A DNA stretch of 39,841 bases, taken from positions 1 through 39,841 of the forward strand of contig JAUNCV010000001.1 in the NCBI GenBank assembly GCA_030526445.1. Direction: 5' to 3'. The notes beneath the pieces are model-generated. The model worked only from the letters and a program-made list of their open reading frames with translations, searched no databases and was not told the origin of the DNA. Below are positions 1 to 8,244 of this stretch, piece after piece. The stretch's first letter is position 1. Each line of letters begins with the position of its first letter. Source of the DNA: Bacteroidales bacterium. GTDB lineage: Bacteria; Bacteroidota; Bacteroidia; Bacteroidales; UBA3663. The position numbers were made by a program, and so were the translations under genes.

Positions 1-900
1 GGTGTTGTCGTCCTCATAGTTTGAGTGCTGCACGGCAAAGATGCTCTCGCAACCGTTTTCGTTCTCCTCCATGAAGATGTCGCCAAAGTCGGCCTCATAG
101 CCATAAAGACCAGTAGACATAACATAGCCGGTGAGCTCGATAACCTTCTGCATATCCTGCTTGTTGACATGGGCATAGCCGGTGTTCTGCTCGTAGCCAT
201 CGCCATAGCCACGGGTCAGATAGCACTTGGCAAGCATGGCAGCAGCTGCAGCTTTGTTGGCTCGGGTGATATCTTTCTTATAAGAGGTAGGAAGCACCTC
301 ATAAGCAGCCTGGAAATCGTCGATGACCTTCTGCATCAGCTCTTCATGGCTGAGGTTGTTGCTGGTCTGCTCCTGTGCTGCATTGCGAAGCACCTCTTCG
401 TCGATATAAGGAACCTTATACCAGAGCTGAATGAGCTTGAAGTAGAAATGGCCACGAAGGAAGCGAACCTCACCCATGCGCTGCTTGGAGAGTTCGGCAC
501 CGAGTTTCTCTTCGCCCTTGTCTTGCAACGACATGATGGCACGGTTGCAACGAGAGATGGCGCAATAGAGACGATACCAGAGTTCGTCCATGTGATCGGG
601 CTGTGAAGCGGTAAGGTTTGACCATACCTCAACAGGGTGATAGTTGGTGTCGGTAGTACCCGAACCGCCCTTCATGGCGTCATCGCTTGAGAGTGAGCCA
701 TAAGGCCAGAGGTTGAATGGGTAGTTGTACCAGTCGGCTCCAAGTGATGCATAGGCTGCAGTGACCATGGCGTCTGGATCATCGAATGCCAGTTCCTCAT
801 CAACGATGCCAGAAGGCTTTACCTCGAGGAAATCGTCGCAGCTGCTCATAGTGAGAGAGGCAGCCAGGGCAAGGGTTCCAAAAATATAATGAGTTTTCAT
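1..900 (-). CDS. SusD/RagB-family nutrient-binding outer-membrane lipoprotein (first 300 codons; 3' end lies beyond the window start)
   Basis: Absent from the ORF track because it has no stop in the window. Manual reverse translation from the ATG at 900-898 gives MKTHYIFGTLALAASLTMSSCDDFLEVKPSGIVDEELAFDDPDAMVTAAYASLGADWYNYPFNLWPYGSLSSDDAMKGGSGTTDTNYHPVEVW... This has a lipoprotein signal plus Cys and a SusD-like N-terminus. I hand-checked the frame as open from 900 to about 541 and infer it stays open to base 1. It lies downstream of a SusC-like gene on the same strand. Confidence 0.85.
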   Translation of the reverse strand, partial: MKTHYIFGTLALAASLTMSSCDDFLEVKPSGIVDEELAFDDPDAMVTAAYASLGADWYNYPFNLWPYGSLSSDDAMKGGSGTTDTNYHPVEVWSNLTASQPDHMDELWYRLYCAISRCNRAIMSLQDKGEEKLGAELSKQRMGEVRFLRGHFYFKLIQLWYKVPYIDEEVLRNAAQEQTSNNLSHEELMQKVIDDFQAAYEVLPTSYKKDITRANKAAAAAMLAKCYLTRGYGDGYEQNTGYAHVNKQDMQKVIELTGYVMSTGLYGYEADFGDIFMEENENGCESIFAVQHSNYEDDNT

Positions 901-1044
901 ATGTAGTCGTTTTATGTTATAATGTTGTTTTGTTGTTTCGCTTTGCTCGTTGTTTTGTTGTTTTGTTGTCCCGTTGTTTCATTCCGCTCTGAGACCAAGA
1001 ACAAAACAACTTATAACCAAGAACAACAAAGACAACATTAATAT
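901..1044 (-). repeat. 144-nt susC-susD spacer made of GTTGTTTTGTTG-type repeats and their complements. It folds into a long imperfect hairpin.
   Basis: The outer arm 921-937 AATGTTGTTTTGTTGTT pairs with 1022-1039 AACAACAAAGACAACATT (one bulge). The inner arm 949-960 GTTGTTTTGTTG pairs with 999-1010 GAACAAAACAAC (11 of 12). The unit also occurs as a direct repeat at 924-935 and 949-960. Confidence 0.7.
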
Positions 1045-4000
1045 TTAGAAGCCAACCTGAAGACCTACGCTGATTGAGGTTGCAATAGGATAGGCAAAAC
1101 CAGGATTCTCAGGATCGGTGCAGGTGAGGCTCTTTGACTTGATGGTGCAGAGGTTGTTGCCGCTCACATAGAGACGTGCATTGCTCAAGTGTGCCTTCTC
1201 GAGAAGTTCCTGGTCGAAAGTGTAGCCCAACTGGAGGGTACGAAGCTTGAGGTAAGAACCATTTTCGACAAAGTAGCTTGATCGACGACCCTCGTCACCA
1301 GTGTTGTTGGTGGTAAGAGCAGGAATCTTGCTGTGGGTGTTGTCGGTGGTCCAAGCACCCAGCATGCGGTTGCCCTTATTAGAGCCTGGGTCGGTGAGGC
1401 TGAAGAAGTCGGTCTGGAACTTCTGGTTGTTGTAAACATCGACACCAGCTACACCCTGCCAGAACATCTGGAAGTCGAAGCCCTTGTAGTCGAGGTTGAC
1501 GGTGAGACCGTAAGAGAAGTCGGGCACTGGGTTGTAGATCCAGGTCTGGTCAAGGCTGTTGATAACGCCATTGCCATCGAGGTCGGCATACTTCAAACCA
1601 CCCAGACGGGCATTCTCCTGACCTGAGCAGAGAACTTCCTCCTTGCTCTGGAAGAGACCCTCGGCTACATAACCTACCATAGAGCCATAAGGCATCTTGG
1701 CCTGTACGATGTTCTGGGTAGCGGTGTGCTCGTAAGAACCGGTGGTGGTGAGAGGCAACCAGGTTACCTTGTTGCGGAAGAAGTCGAGGTTGCCATTGAC
1801 GCTATAGCCAAGGCCGAAAGAGGTTTTGTTGCGATAGCCCAAAGTGAACTCCATACCGATGTTGCGAAGAGATGGACCATTCTGCCAAGAAGAACCGCCC
1901 TCGCCTACAGAACCCAAGTAAGCAGGATTGATGAGCATGTCTTTAACATCCTTGATATAGGCATCGACAGTGCCGAAGAGAGAGTTGTCGAAGAGGGCGA
2001 AGTCGAGACCTGCATTCCACTGCTCTGCAGTTTCCCATTTGAGGTTGTCATTGCCAGTGCTCTGTACGCGATAACCGCTCTCGAACATACCCGACTGGGC
2101 ACCGAGGAAGTCATAGGCGGTCGATTCCTGACGGCCTGTACCGTAATCGGCAATATATATAGTGTAACGTGCTGCATTGTCGATGGCCTGATTACCGGTC
2201 TGACCCCATGAGGCGCGAAGCTTCAGGTCGGTAAGCCAGTCGGCCTTGATGTGCTTTGAAAGACGGTAGCCGAGTGAGGCGGCTGGGAAGGTACCGTAAC
2301 GATTGTTCTTACCAAAGCGACTCGAACCGTCGCGACGGATGGTGAACGAAGCGAGGAGCTGATCGTTCCAGTTGTAGTCGGCCTTACCAAAGAATGAAAC
2401 GAGGGTGTAACCTACATTAGCGCCATAGAGATGTTGAGTGCCAGTGGCGGCATTAGGCCACATATAGAGTTTGTTCTCGATAGCAAAGCCTTCGGCAGAG
2501 CCATTGATGTTGATGTAGTTTTGCTTGTAGAGCTCGAAACCACCCAAAACGCTGAGGGTATGATTTTCGGGCAGTGGCACAAGATAGTTGGCGGTGTTCG
2601 ACCAGTTCCACTTCATGTCGTTGGTCTGGTCAACACGGGTGCTGGCGGTCTCCTCCTTAACGATGTCGGAAACGAAGGTGTAGGTCATCGAGTGGATGAA
2701 GTTGGCATTGTAGTCGATACCGAAGTTTGAACGGAGATCGAGACCCTTGACAGGCTTGATGTTGATATAGCCGTTGCCAAAGATGCGCCACATGGTGAGA
2801 CGGTTATCACGGTTGTAGTAGAGCTCGCGCATTGGGTTCTGACGGTCGCTCATGCCACCTACAGGGCCACCATAGGTCTTGCCATCGTCTTCGAACACAG
2901 GTACGGTTGGAGACATCTTGAGAGCGTTCTCGAGTGGAGCGCAATCAACCTGGTCGCTATAGGTGAGGGTGAGGTTCTCGCCTGCAGTGACATACTTATT
3001 GATATTATAAGTAGAGTTGAGACGAACAGCGATGTTCTCGAAGTCGGTATATTTGAGCACACCATCGGCCTTCTTGTAACCGATGCTGAGCATCTGAGAG
3101 CCCTTCTCTGAACCATGGCTCAGGCTGAGGTCATAGTTCTGGGTCATGCCCACACGACTGATCTGGTCGAGCCAGTCGGTATCGCTCAGACGCATGGTCT
3201 GCTTGGCGTTGATATACTGGCCATTGCCATAGAGGCCGGCCACGGTATAGTTCTTATAAGAAGAGGTAGCAGGATCCCATGCAGTGATGCCGAAGCCATT
3301 GGCTGCATTAAGATTCAGGCCATAGTTAGAGGCATAAACCACAGGATCGATGCCATCGTTGAGGGCAGCCTGAGCCATGGTGGTGGCATACTGCTCAGTG
3401 TTGCAGAGCTCCATCTTCGACTGGCCGTTGTAGAAAGAGGCAGTAGCAGAAGCCGAGAAGTCGATCTTGATTTTCTGATCCTTCTTGCCCTGCTTGGTGG
3501 TGATGATGATGACACCATTGGCAGCACGGCTACCATAAATAGAGGCAGAGGCAGCATCCTTGAGCACCTGCATGCTCTCGATATCGTTGGCATTGAGTGT
3601 GTTCAGACCATTGGTGGTAGGCACACCATCGATAACATAAAGAGGATCCTGATTAGAGTTGAAAGAACCGATGCCACGAATGCGGATGGTAGCGGTACCA
3701 GAAGGAGAACCATTGGTGGTGACAGTCATACCTGCAACCTTACCTTGAAGAGCGCGCATAGGGTCGGTGCTGCTCGAGGTCTTCATCTCCTTGGTCGATA
3801 CTACAGCTACCGAACCGGTGAGGTCGGCCTTGCGCTGGGTGGTGTAACCGGTTACGACCATCTCTTCGAGCATCTCGGCATTCTCGCTGAGAAGCACCTC
3901 CATCTTGGCCTGGGCAGCCAGGGTCTGGGTGGTGTAACCAATGTAGCTGATTTGTAACTGGGCACCTTTCTGAACATTGAGTTCGAAGTTGCCATCGATG

Positions 4001-4164
4001 TCTGTGATGGTACCGTTCTGAGTACCTACTTCTAGAATGCTGGCTCCGGTGATGGGTTCACCAAAGCCTTTGTCGAGTACCGTTCCCTGCACACGCAAAG
4101 TCTGGGCCAAAGCCAGCACTGTGGTGCAAAGAATCATGGTAGCGATCAGAAGCAATCGTTTCAT
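1045..4164 (-). CDS. SusC-family TonB-dependent outer-membrane transporter (1039 aa)
   Basis: Signal peptide, then a carboxypeptidase-regulatory-like domain (VQGTVLDKGFGEPITGASILEVGTQNGTITDIDGNFEL). TonB-box/plug region (EEMVVTGYTTQRKADLTGSV, IRIRGIGSFNSNQDPLYVIDGVP, ASASIYGSRAANGVIIITTKQG). C-terminal barrel ends in ...VGLQVGF. No N-terminal STN extension. Confidence 0.95.
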   Translation of the reverse strand: MKRLLLIATMILCTTVLALAQTLRVQGTVLDKGFGEPITGASILEVGTQNGTITDIDGNFELNVQKGAQLQISYIGYTTQTLAAQAKMEVLLSENAEMLEEMVVTGYTTQRKADLTGSVAVVSTKEMKTSSSTDPMRALQGKVAGMTVTTNGSPSGTATIRIRGIGSFNSNQDPLYVIDGVPTTNGLNTLNANDIESMQVLKDAASASIYGSRAANGVIIITTKQGKKDQKIKIDFSASATASFYNGQSKMELCNTEQYATTMAQAALNDGIDPVVYASNYGLNLNAANGFGITAWDPATSSYKNYTVAGLYGNGQYINAKQTMRLSDTDWLDQISRVGMTQNYDLSLSHGSEKGSQMLSIGYKKADGVLKYTDFENIAVRLNSTYNINKYVTAGENLTLTYSDQVDCAPLENALKMSPTVPVFEDDGKTYGGPVGGMSDRQNPMRELYYNRDNRLTMWRIFGNGYINIKPVKGLDLRSNFGIDYNANFIHSMTYTFVSDIVKEETASTRVDQTNDMKWNWSNTANYLVPLPENHTLSVLGGFELYKQNYININGSAEGFAIENKLYMWPNAATGTQHLYGANVGYTLVSFFGKADYNWNDQLLASFTIRRDGSSRFGKNNRYGTFPAASLGYRLSKHIKADWLTDLKLRASWGQTGNQAIDNAARYTIYIADYGTGRQESTAYDFLGAQSGMFESGYRVQSTGNDNLKWETAEQWNAGLDFALFDNSLFGTVDAYIKDVKDMLINPAYLGSVGEGGSSWQNGPSLRNIGMEFTLGYRNKTSFGLGYSVNGNLDFFRNKVTWLPLTTTGSYEHTATQNIVQAKMPYGSMVGYVAEGLFQSKEEVLCSGQENARLGGLKYADLDGNGVINSLDQTWIYNPVPDFSYGLTVNLDYKGFDFQMFWQGVAGVDVYNNQKFQTDFFSLTDPGSNKGNRMLGAWTTDNTHSKIPALTTNNTGDEGRRSSYFVENGSYLKLRTLQLGYTFDQELLEKAHLSNARLYVSGNNLCTIKSKSLTCTDPENPGFAYPIATSISVGLQVGF

Positions 4165-4239
4165 GTTGGGTGGTTGTTAATGTGTTAATATCACTGAGTT
4201 ATTGTTAGCGTCAATTTCAGAAAACGAATTTTGACGGCA

Positions 4240-4247
4240 CAAAAGTA
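4240..4247 (-). promoter_or_regulatory. Bacteroidota -7 promoter box (TActTTTG) for the susC at 4164
   Basis: Matches TAnnTTTG on the minus strand, 76 nt upstream of the ATG. Confidence 0.6.
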
Positions 4248-4285
4248 GGTTTTTGCCCTCGAAAAAATGTGTTAGGGACAAAAAA

Positions 4286-4316
4286 ATATGTTGCAAACGG
4301 AATATTTGCAACATAT
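4286..4316 (-). terminator. AT-rich perfect hairpin (12-bp arms ATATGTTGCAAA / TTTGCAACATAT, 7-nt loop) followed by a U-tract. Likely terminator of the PBP-AraC gene, possibly also an operator.
   Basis: Perfect inverted repeat. On the minus strand it is followed by TTTTTTTG. Lies 41 nt after the stop at 4357 and 39 nt upstream of the -7 box. Confidence 0.55.
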
Positions 4317-4356
4317 CTTGTATCGGATAAAACATTATTGCTAAGGTAACAATAAT

Positions 4357-5967
4357 TCAGTCAGACATACTCTTATATTCTTCAAAACACTTTTCGAAAT
4401 AGGCCACAGAGGAATATCCGACCCGCGAGGCCACCTCGCTTGATTCCAGGCCCTGTTTCAGCAGTTTCTCGGCCTCACTGAAACGCTTGTCGCGTATGAT
4501 ATCGAAAGGTGTGATACCTATTTTCTGCTTCACTTTTCGGTAGAGATGCGACCGGCTCATATCGAGCAGCACACTTAACTGCTCAACACCGAAATCGGCA
4601 TGCTGGTAGTTTTCATCGACCAGTTGATACACTTTTTTAATGAAAGGATCGATTTCAGGAACAGGCTGGACTTTCTTCGGCTGTGCTGGAGAAGACTCCT
4701 GGGGCGAAGCCGACTCTTCCTTTGGAGGCCTTATAGAGGGAAACTCTGGATCGGAAGTCTCGTTCTTGGCCGCATCAAGCAATTGGCGATAGGCCTGCAT
4801 GAGGTGGAAGGTGGACTGCTGTCGCTCACGATAGTTTTTGCGCATGCGCATCATGGTCACGCCAAAGAAGATGACAAAGGCCACCGAAACCACCAGCAGC
4901 ATTCGCTCCACATTGATGCGCCTGAGCAGAGAGAGCTCACGGTCCTGAAGCAGATGCACACGCTTCACCTCGCTGACAGTGGCCATCGAGAGATTGTTGG
5001 CCAACCCGGCTTTGCGGGCATCAATCACGTAGGTGGGCAGAATCTGGTAGTGTTCATAGGGTTCTCCGTTCATGATGGCTACGGCTGTCTTGATAATGAT
5101 ATCTCCTCCTGTTGGATAAAGAATAGAAGCATCGAGAAGCCCCTGTTCGACCCAGGCAATGCCCTGATTGGGACCATAAACCGCATCGGCTCCGATAAAC
5201 AGTGGGCGATCTTCGGGCACAGCCATGCCTTGAGCCTGCCGTGCCTGCATGATCTTGTTATACATGAGGTGTGCTCCCATGGCCATATAGTCATTGTGGC
5301 CAAAGACCGCCTTGAGGTTGGGATAGAGACGCATGGCCTCCTCCATGCGCACCTGGGCCGAATCGCGTTCCCAGTAGCCACAAACCGAGGCCACAACCTG
5401 GATGGATGGACATTGCTTCAGGCCATCGAAGAAACCCTGATGACGACCCTCGACAGGTGAAGAGCCATCGCGTCCCCTGATTTCGAGCACCTCTCCCCCG
5501 TCGGGCAACAAGCTGATGAGCACCTGGGCCGCCTGATAGCCTACGGCATAGTTGTCGCCACCAATGAAGGCATCTTGCAGGTTGCCCACAGCCCTTCGTT
5601 CGGCCACTATGACAGGAATCTGCTTCTCTTTGGCTTTCTTGATGAGCCTGGCTCCATTGACAGAGTCGGTGGGAGCAATGACCAAAAGGTCGATGCCGGC
5701 ATTGAGCAGGCTATCTACATCATGATCTTGTTTCTGTGGATTTTCTTGTGCATTGCAGAAGTCGAAGGTGATGTCGTGGTGAAAGATGGCCTCTCGACGC
5801 ATCTCGTCATTCATCTTGTCGCGCCATTGATCACCTGCACATTGTGATACACCTATGTGTATAGATGGGTTATCCTGCGAGGTGAAGTCCTCGCAGGAAT
5901 TAAGGGTGATGCCACTGCTAAGAGCGGCCATAACAAATAAACAGTCCCAAAGGGAAGAAATTTTCAT
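4357..5967 (-). CDS. Membrane-tethered one-component regulator: periplasmic sugar-binding (PBP type I) domain, one TM helix, P/E/S-rich linker, AraC-type HTH (536 aa)
   Basis: The N-terminal signal/anchor and PBP domain are paralogous to the sensor of the 910-aa HTCS in this window (IHIGVSQCAGDQWRDKMNDEMRRE, IPVIVAERR, AFIGGDNYAVGYQ, YPTGGDIIIKTAVAIMNGEPYE). TM helix MLLVVSVAFVIFFGVTMM. C-terminal AraC HTH (LSVLLDMSRSHLYRKVKQKIGITPFDIIRDKRFSEAEKLL...VGYSSVAYFEKCF). No H-box, HATPase or receiver motifs are visible. Confidence 0.8.
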   Translation of the reverse strand: MKISSLWDCLFVMAALSSGITLNSCEDFTSQDNPSIHIGVSQCAGDQWRDKMNDEMRREAIFHHDITFDFCNAQENPQKQDHDVDSLLNAGIDLLVIAPTDSVNGARLIKKAKEKQIPVIVAERRAVGNLQDAFIGGDNYAVGYQAAQVLISLLPDGGEVLEIRGRDGSSPVEGRHQGFFDGLKQCPSIQVVASVCGYWERDSAQVRMEEAMRLYPNLKAVFGHNDYMAMGAHLMYNKIMQARQAQGMAVPEDRPLFIGADAVYGPNQGIAWVEQGLLDASILYPTGGDIIIKTAVAIMNGEPYEHYQILPTYVIDARKAGLANNLSMATVSEVKRVHLLQDRELSLLRRINVERMLLVVSVAFVIFFGVTMMRMRKNYRERQQSTFHLMQAYRQLLDAAKNETSDPEFPSIRPPKEESASPQESSPAQPKKVQPVPEIDPFIKKVYQLVDENYQHADFGVEQLSVLLDMSRSHLYRKVKQKIGITPFDIIRDKRFSEAEKLLKQGLESSEVASRVGYSSVAYFEKCFEEYKSMSD

Positions 5968-6000
5968 AACCGGAAAATTGGTAATTCTGATTTGTGTGAT

Positions 6001-8244
6001 TTATTCGGCAGTCAGTTCGATGACTCGACTGTGCTGGCTCTCCTGAGAGAAGGCATCGAGGCCCACCTTCATGAGATAATCGCCCGAGAAGACCTTTCCA
6101 TTCTCGCTCAGGGTTGAGGCCTCACCCGGCATGAGGTTGATTTCGGCAACCTTATAGCGCTTGGTGGCATCGAGGCCCTGTAGGCGCACCTTCGAGAGAG
6201 GCTCCTTGTAGCGAGGGTGGATATCGTAGGCAAAGAGAACGGCCTTCTGCTGGCTGGCCGAAACATAGTTGACAGCCATGTGATTGCTCTCATAGGGCGA
6301 AACCAAGCGATATTGCTGGCCATCGAGGATAACACCTTGCAGACGATGCCAGTTGGCAACAGCTCCCTGCAGATATTTGATCTCATCGTCATTGAGGTGA
6401 CGCAAGCCGATATCGAAGCCGAGTTTGCACATAGAGGCCACATCGGTGCGGAACTTGACAGAGGCACTGCGATTCCAGTCGGTGACATGGGCACACATGG
6501 CCTTGGCTGGGAAGAACTGGCTGAAGCCCCACTGGATGTAGAGACGCTCGATAGGATCGGTATCGTCAGAACACCAGAATTCTGTGAAATACTTAAGAGC
6601 CTCATAGTCGCAACGGCCACCACCACCCGAACAGAGCATCATAGGGGTGTTGGGGAAATTCTCCTTGACGCGACTCATGACATTATATACGCCTCGCACA
6701 TGATCGACATAGAGATTCGACTGCTTGTCTTTGCAATAGGGGCTATAGATATTGGTGATAGGCGAATTGCAGTCCCACTTGAAATAGCATACGCGCGAAT
6801 CGCCATTGACACTGCCATCGGTGAGAATCTGGGCCACCACCTGATAGACATACTCCTGAACGGCAGGATTGGCCAGATCGAGCACCAGCTGGTTGCGGTA
6901 GTAATAGGTTTCGCGATTGGTCTGGCGAATCACCCAGTCGGGATGCTTCTCGAAGAGATCGGACATGGGATTGACCATTTCGGGCTCGATCCAGATGCCA
7001 AACTTCACACCAGCGGCATCGGCAGCATCGCACAAGGCAGGCACACCTCCAGGAAGCTTGGCATGATTGACCTCCCAGTCGCCCAGACCGGCAGTATCGC
7101 CATTGCGGGCATGGTCGCCATTGCCAAACCAGCCATCATCGAGCAAGAACATATCGACACCCAGGGTCTTGGCCTCTTTCATCAGGTTGGCCAGTTTCTC
7201 CTGATCGAAGTCGAAATAGGTGTTCTCCCAGTTGTTGAGCAACGACATGCGAGGCTTTTCGCCATCGCGCACCTGATACTTGCGGGCCCAGTCATGCAGA
7301 TGGCGCGAACCCAGAGAGGTGCCTTGGTTGCTGATAGTGAAGATAAACTCGGGGGTGGTGAACACCTCGCCAGCCTTGAGCTGGTAGGCTGAGGTATTGG
7401 GGTTGAGGCCTGGCAGGATGCGAAGGGCGCCTACATTGTCAACCTCAAGGGTGTAGCGCCAGTTGCCGGTCCAGCCAATGGTGCCCATTAGCACCTCGCC
7501 CTGCTGTTCGGCTGCAGGCTGACCCAAGCCCACTTCGAAGAAGGGGTGGCTGTGCATGGCAGCACGCGAGCCAAGTTTGGTATCGACCACCTTTTTGCCA
7601 AACTGCAGTTGCTGTGACGACATCTGTGCCTCACGGGCCCAATCGCTCGAAAACTCGGTGAGCCAGTACTGAGGGCGACGGAAATAGAGCATGGCAGAGT
7701 TGACGCTTCGCAACTGAATGCAGCCATTGGGGGCGATGTTACGGGCCTTCTTGTCGGCTTTCTCATGATGCACAATCTCGCTCCAGGTCTTGATGACATC
7801 CTGTTCGGGATAGGCCACATAATGCAGGGTGACCTGAACGGGATAGCGATTGTCGGCCAGGCGGATGATGGTCTCTGTGCCACCCTCAACAGTCCTTTGC
7901 TCATGGCTCTGATAATAAAGATAGGTGGTGGTGTTGCCATCGGTGTGGGTGATATCGATGGCTGGCTCGAAAAACTCTTCGGAGCCACCTGTATTATAGA
8001 CCTCCCAGCCTCGCTGGCAAACCGATCCATCGGAAGCGGCATAGACATCCCAAGGCAGGTGCTGATAGTCGCTCTCGTTAAGCAGACGCTCTCCGAGATA
8101 CACCTGATAAAGACGGTTGTTGGGGCCTACCTTGAGCACCAGGTCGGTGCTGTTGGTGCGGATGGGAATCACCTCGTTGGCCGCAAAGGCTGCAGTGGCA
8201 GAGCAAGAGAGCAGTGCCAGGGAGGAAAGCAATAGATGTTTCAT
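6001..8244 (-). CDS. GH36 alpha-galactosidase, secreted (747 aa from the MKHLLL start)
   Basis: GH36-type motifs LLDDGWFG, GLGDWEV, FGIWIEPEMV, YFKWDCN and CSGGGGR. I prefer the start at ATG 8244-8242 because it gives the signal peptide MKHLLLSSLALLSCSATAAFA. The track's upstream extension (to 8349) is hydrophobic nonsense that overlaps the susD-GH36 spacer. Confidence 0.88.
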   Translation of the reverse strand: MKHLLLSSLALLSCSATAAFAANEVIPIRTNSTDLVLKVGPNNRLYQVYLGERLLNESDYQHLPWDVYAASDGSVCQRGWEVYNTGGSEEFFEPAIDITHTDGNTTTYLYYQSHEQRTVEGGTETIIRLADNRYPVQVTLHYVAYPEQDVIKTWSEIVHHEKADKKARNIAPNGCIQLRSVNSAMLYFRRPQYWLTEFSSDWAREAQMSSQQLQFGKKVVDTKLGSRAAMHSHPFFEVGLGQPAAEQQGEVLMGTIGWTGNWRYTLEVDNVGALRILPGLNPNTSAYQLKAGEVFTTPEFIFTISNQGTSLGSRHLHDWARKYQVRDGEKPRMSLLNNWENTYFDFDQEKLANLMKEAKTLGVDMFLLDDGWFGNGDHARNGDTAGLGDWEVNHAKLPGGVPALCDAADAAGVKFGIWIEPEMVNPMSDLFEKHPDWVIRQTNRETYYYRNQLVLDLANPAVQEYVYQVVAQILTDGSVNGDSRVCYFKWDCNSPITNIYSPYCKDKQSNLYVDHVRGVYNVMSRVKENFPNTPMMLCSGGGGRCDYEALKYFTEFWCSDDTDPIERLYIQWGFSQFFPAKAMCAHVTDWNRSASVKFRTDVASMCKLGFDIGLRHLNDDEIKYLQGAVANWHRLQGVILDGQQYRLVSPYESNHMAVNYVSASQQKAVLFAYDIHPRYKEPLSKVRLQGLDATKRYKVAEINLMPGEASTLSENGKVFSGDYLMKVGLDAFSQESQHSRVIELTAE

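Noticed and set aside
25-606. 193-aa plus-strand ORF, plus similar long antisense ORFs in the track: 3115..3957, 4600..5460, 6217..7392, 10633..11094, 16728..17327, 24676..25092, 25117..25665 and 32471..32893.
   Set aside because: Each lies entirely inside a well-supported gene on the opposite strand. Their translations are low-complexity and rich in L/V/G/A/I/H, with no recognisable motifs, signal peptides or promoter boxes. They are shadow ORFs typical of codon-biased genes.
4216-4226. Recurring TTTCAGAAAC/GTTTCTGAAA-like decamers in several intergenic regions (4216-4226, 13344-13355, 29364-29374), which resemble the GCTGAAAC unit.
   Set aside because: Their positions relative to the -7 boxes are inconsistent: one is in a 5' UTR, one near the -33 region, and one between the boxes. 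The motif is short and AT-rich, so chance recurrence in AT-rich spacers cannot be excluded without a genome-wide count.
5970-5980. The 11-mer CCGGAAAATTG, shared between the GH36/regulator junction and the loop of the hairpin at 13392-13402.
   Set aside because: A single shared 11-mer within about 40 kb is expected many times over by chance, and nothing in the context supports a functional link.
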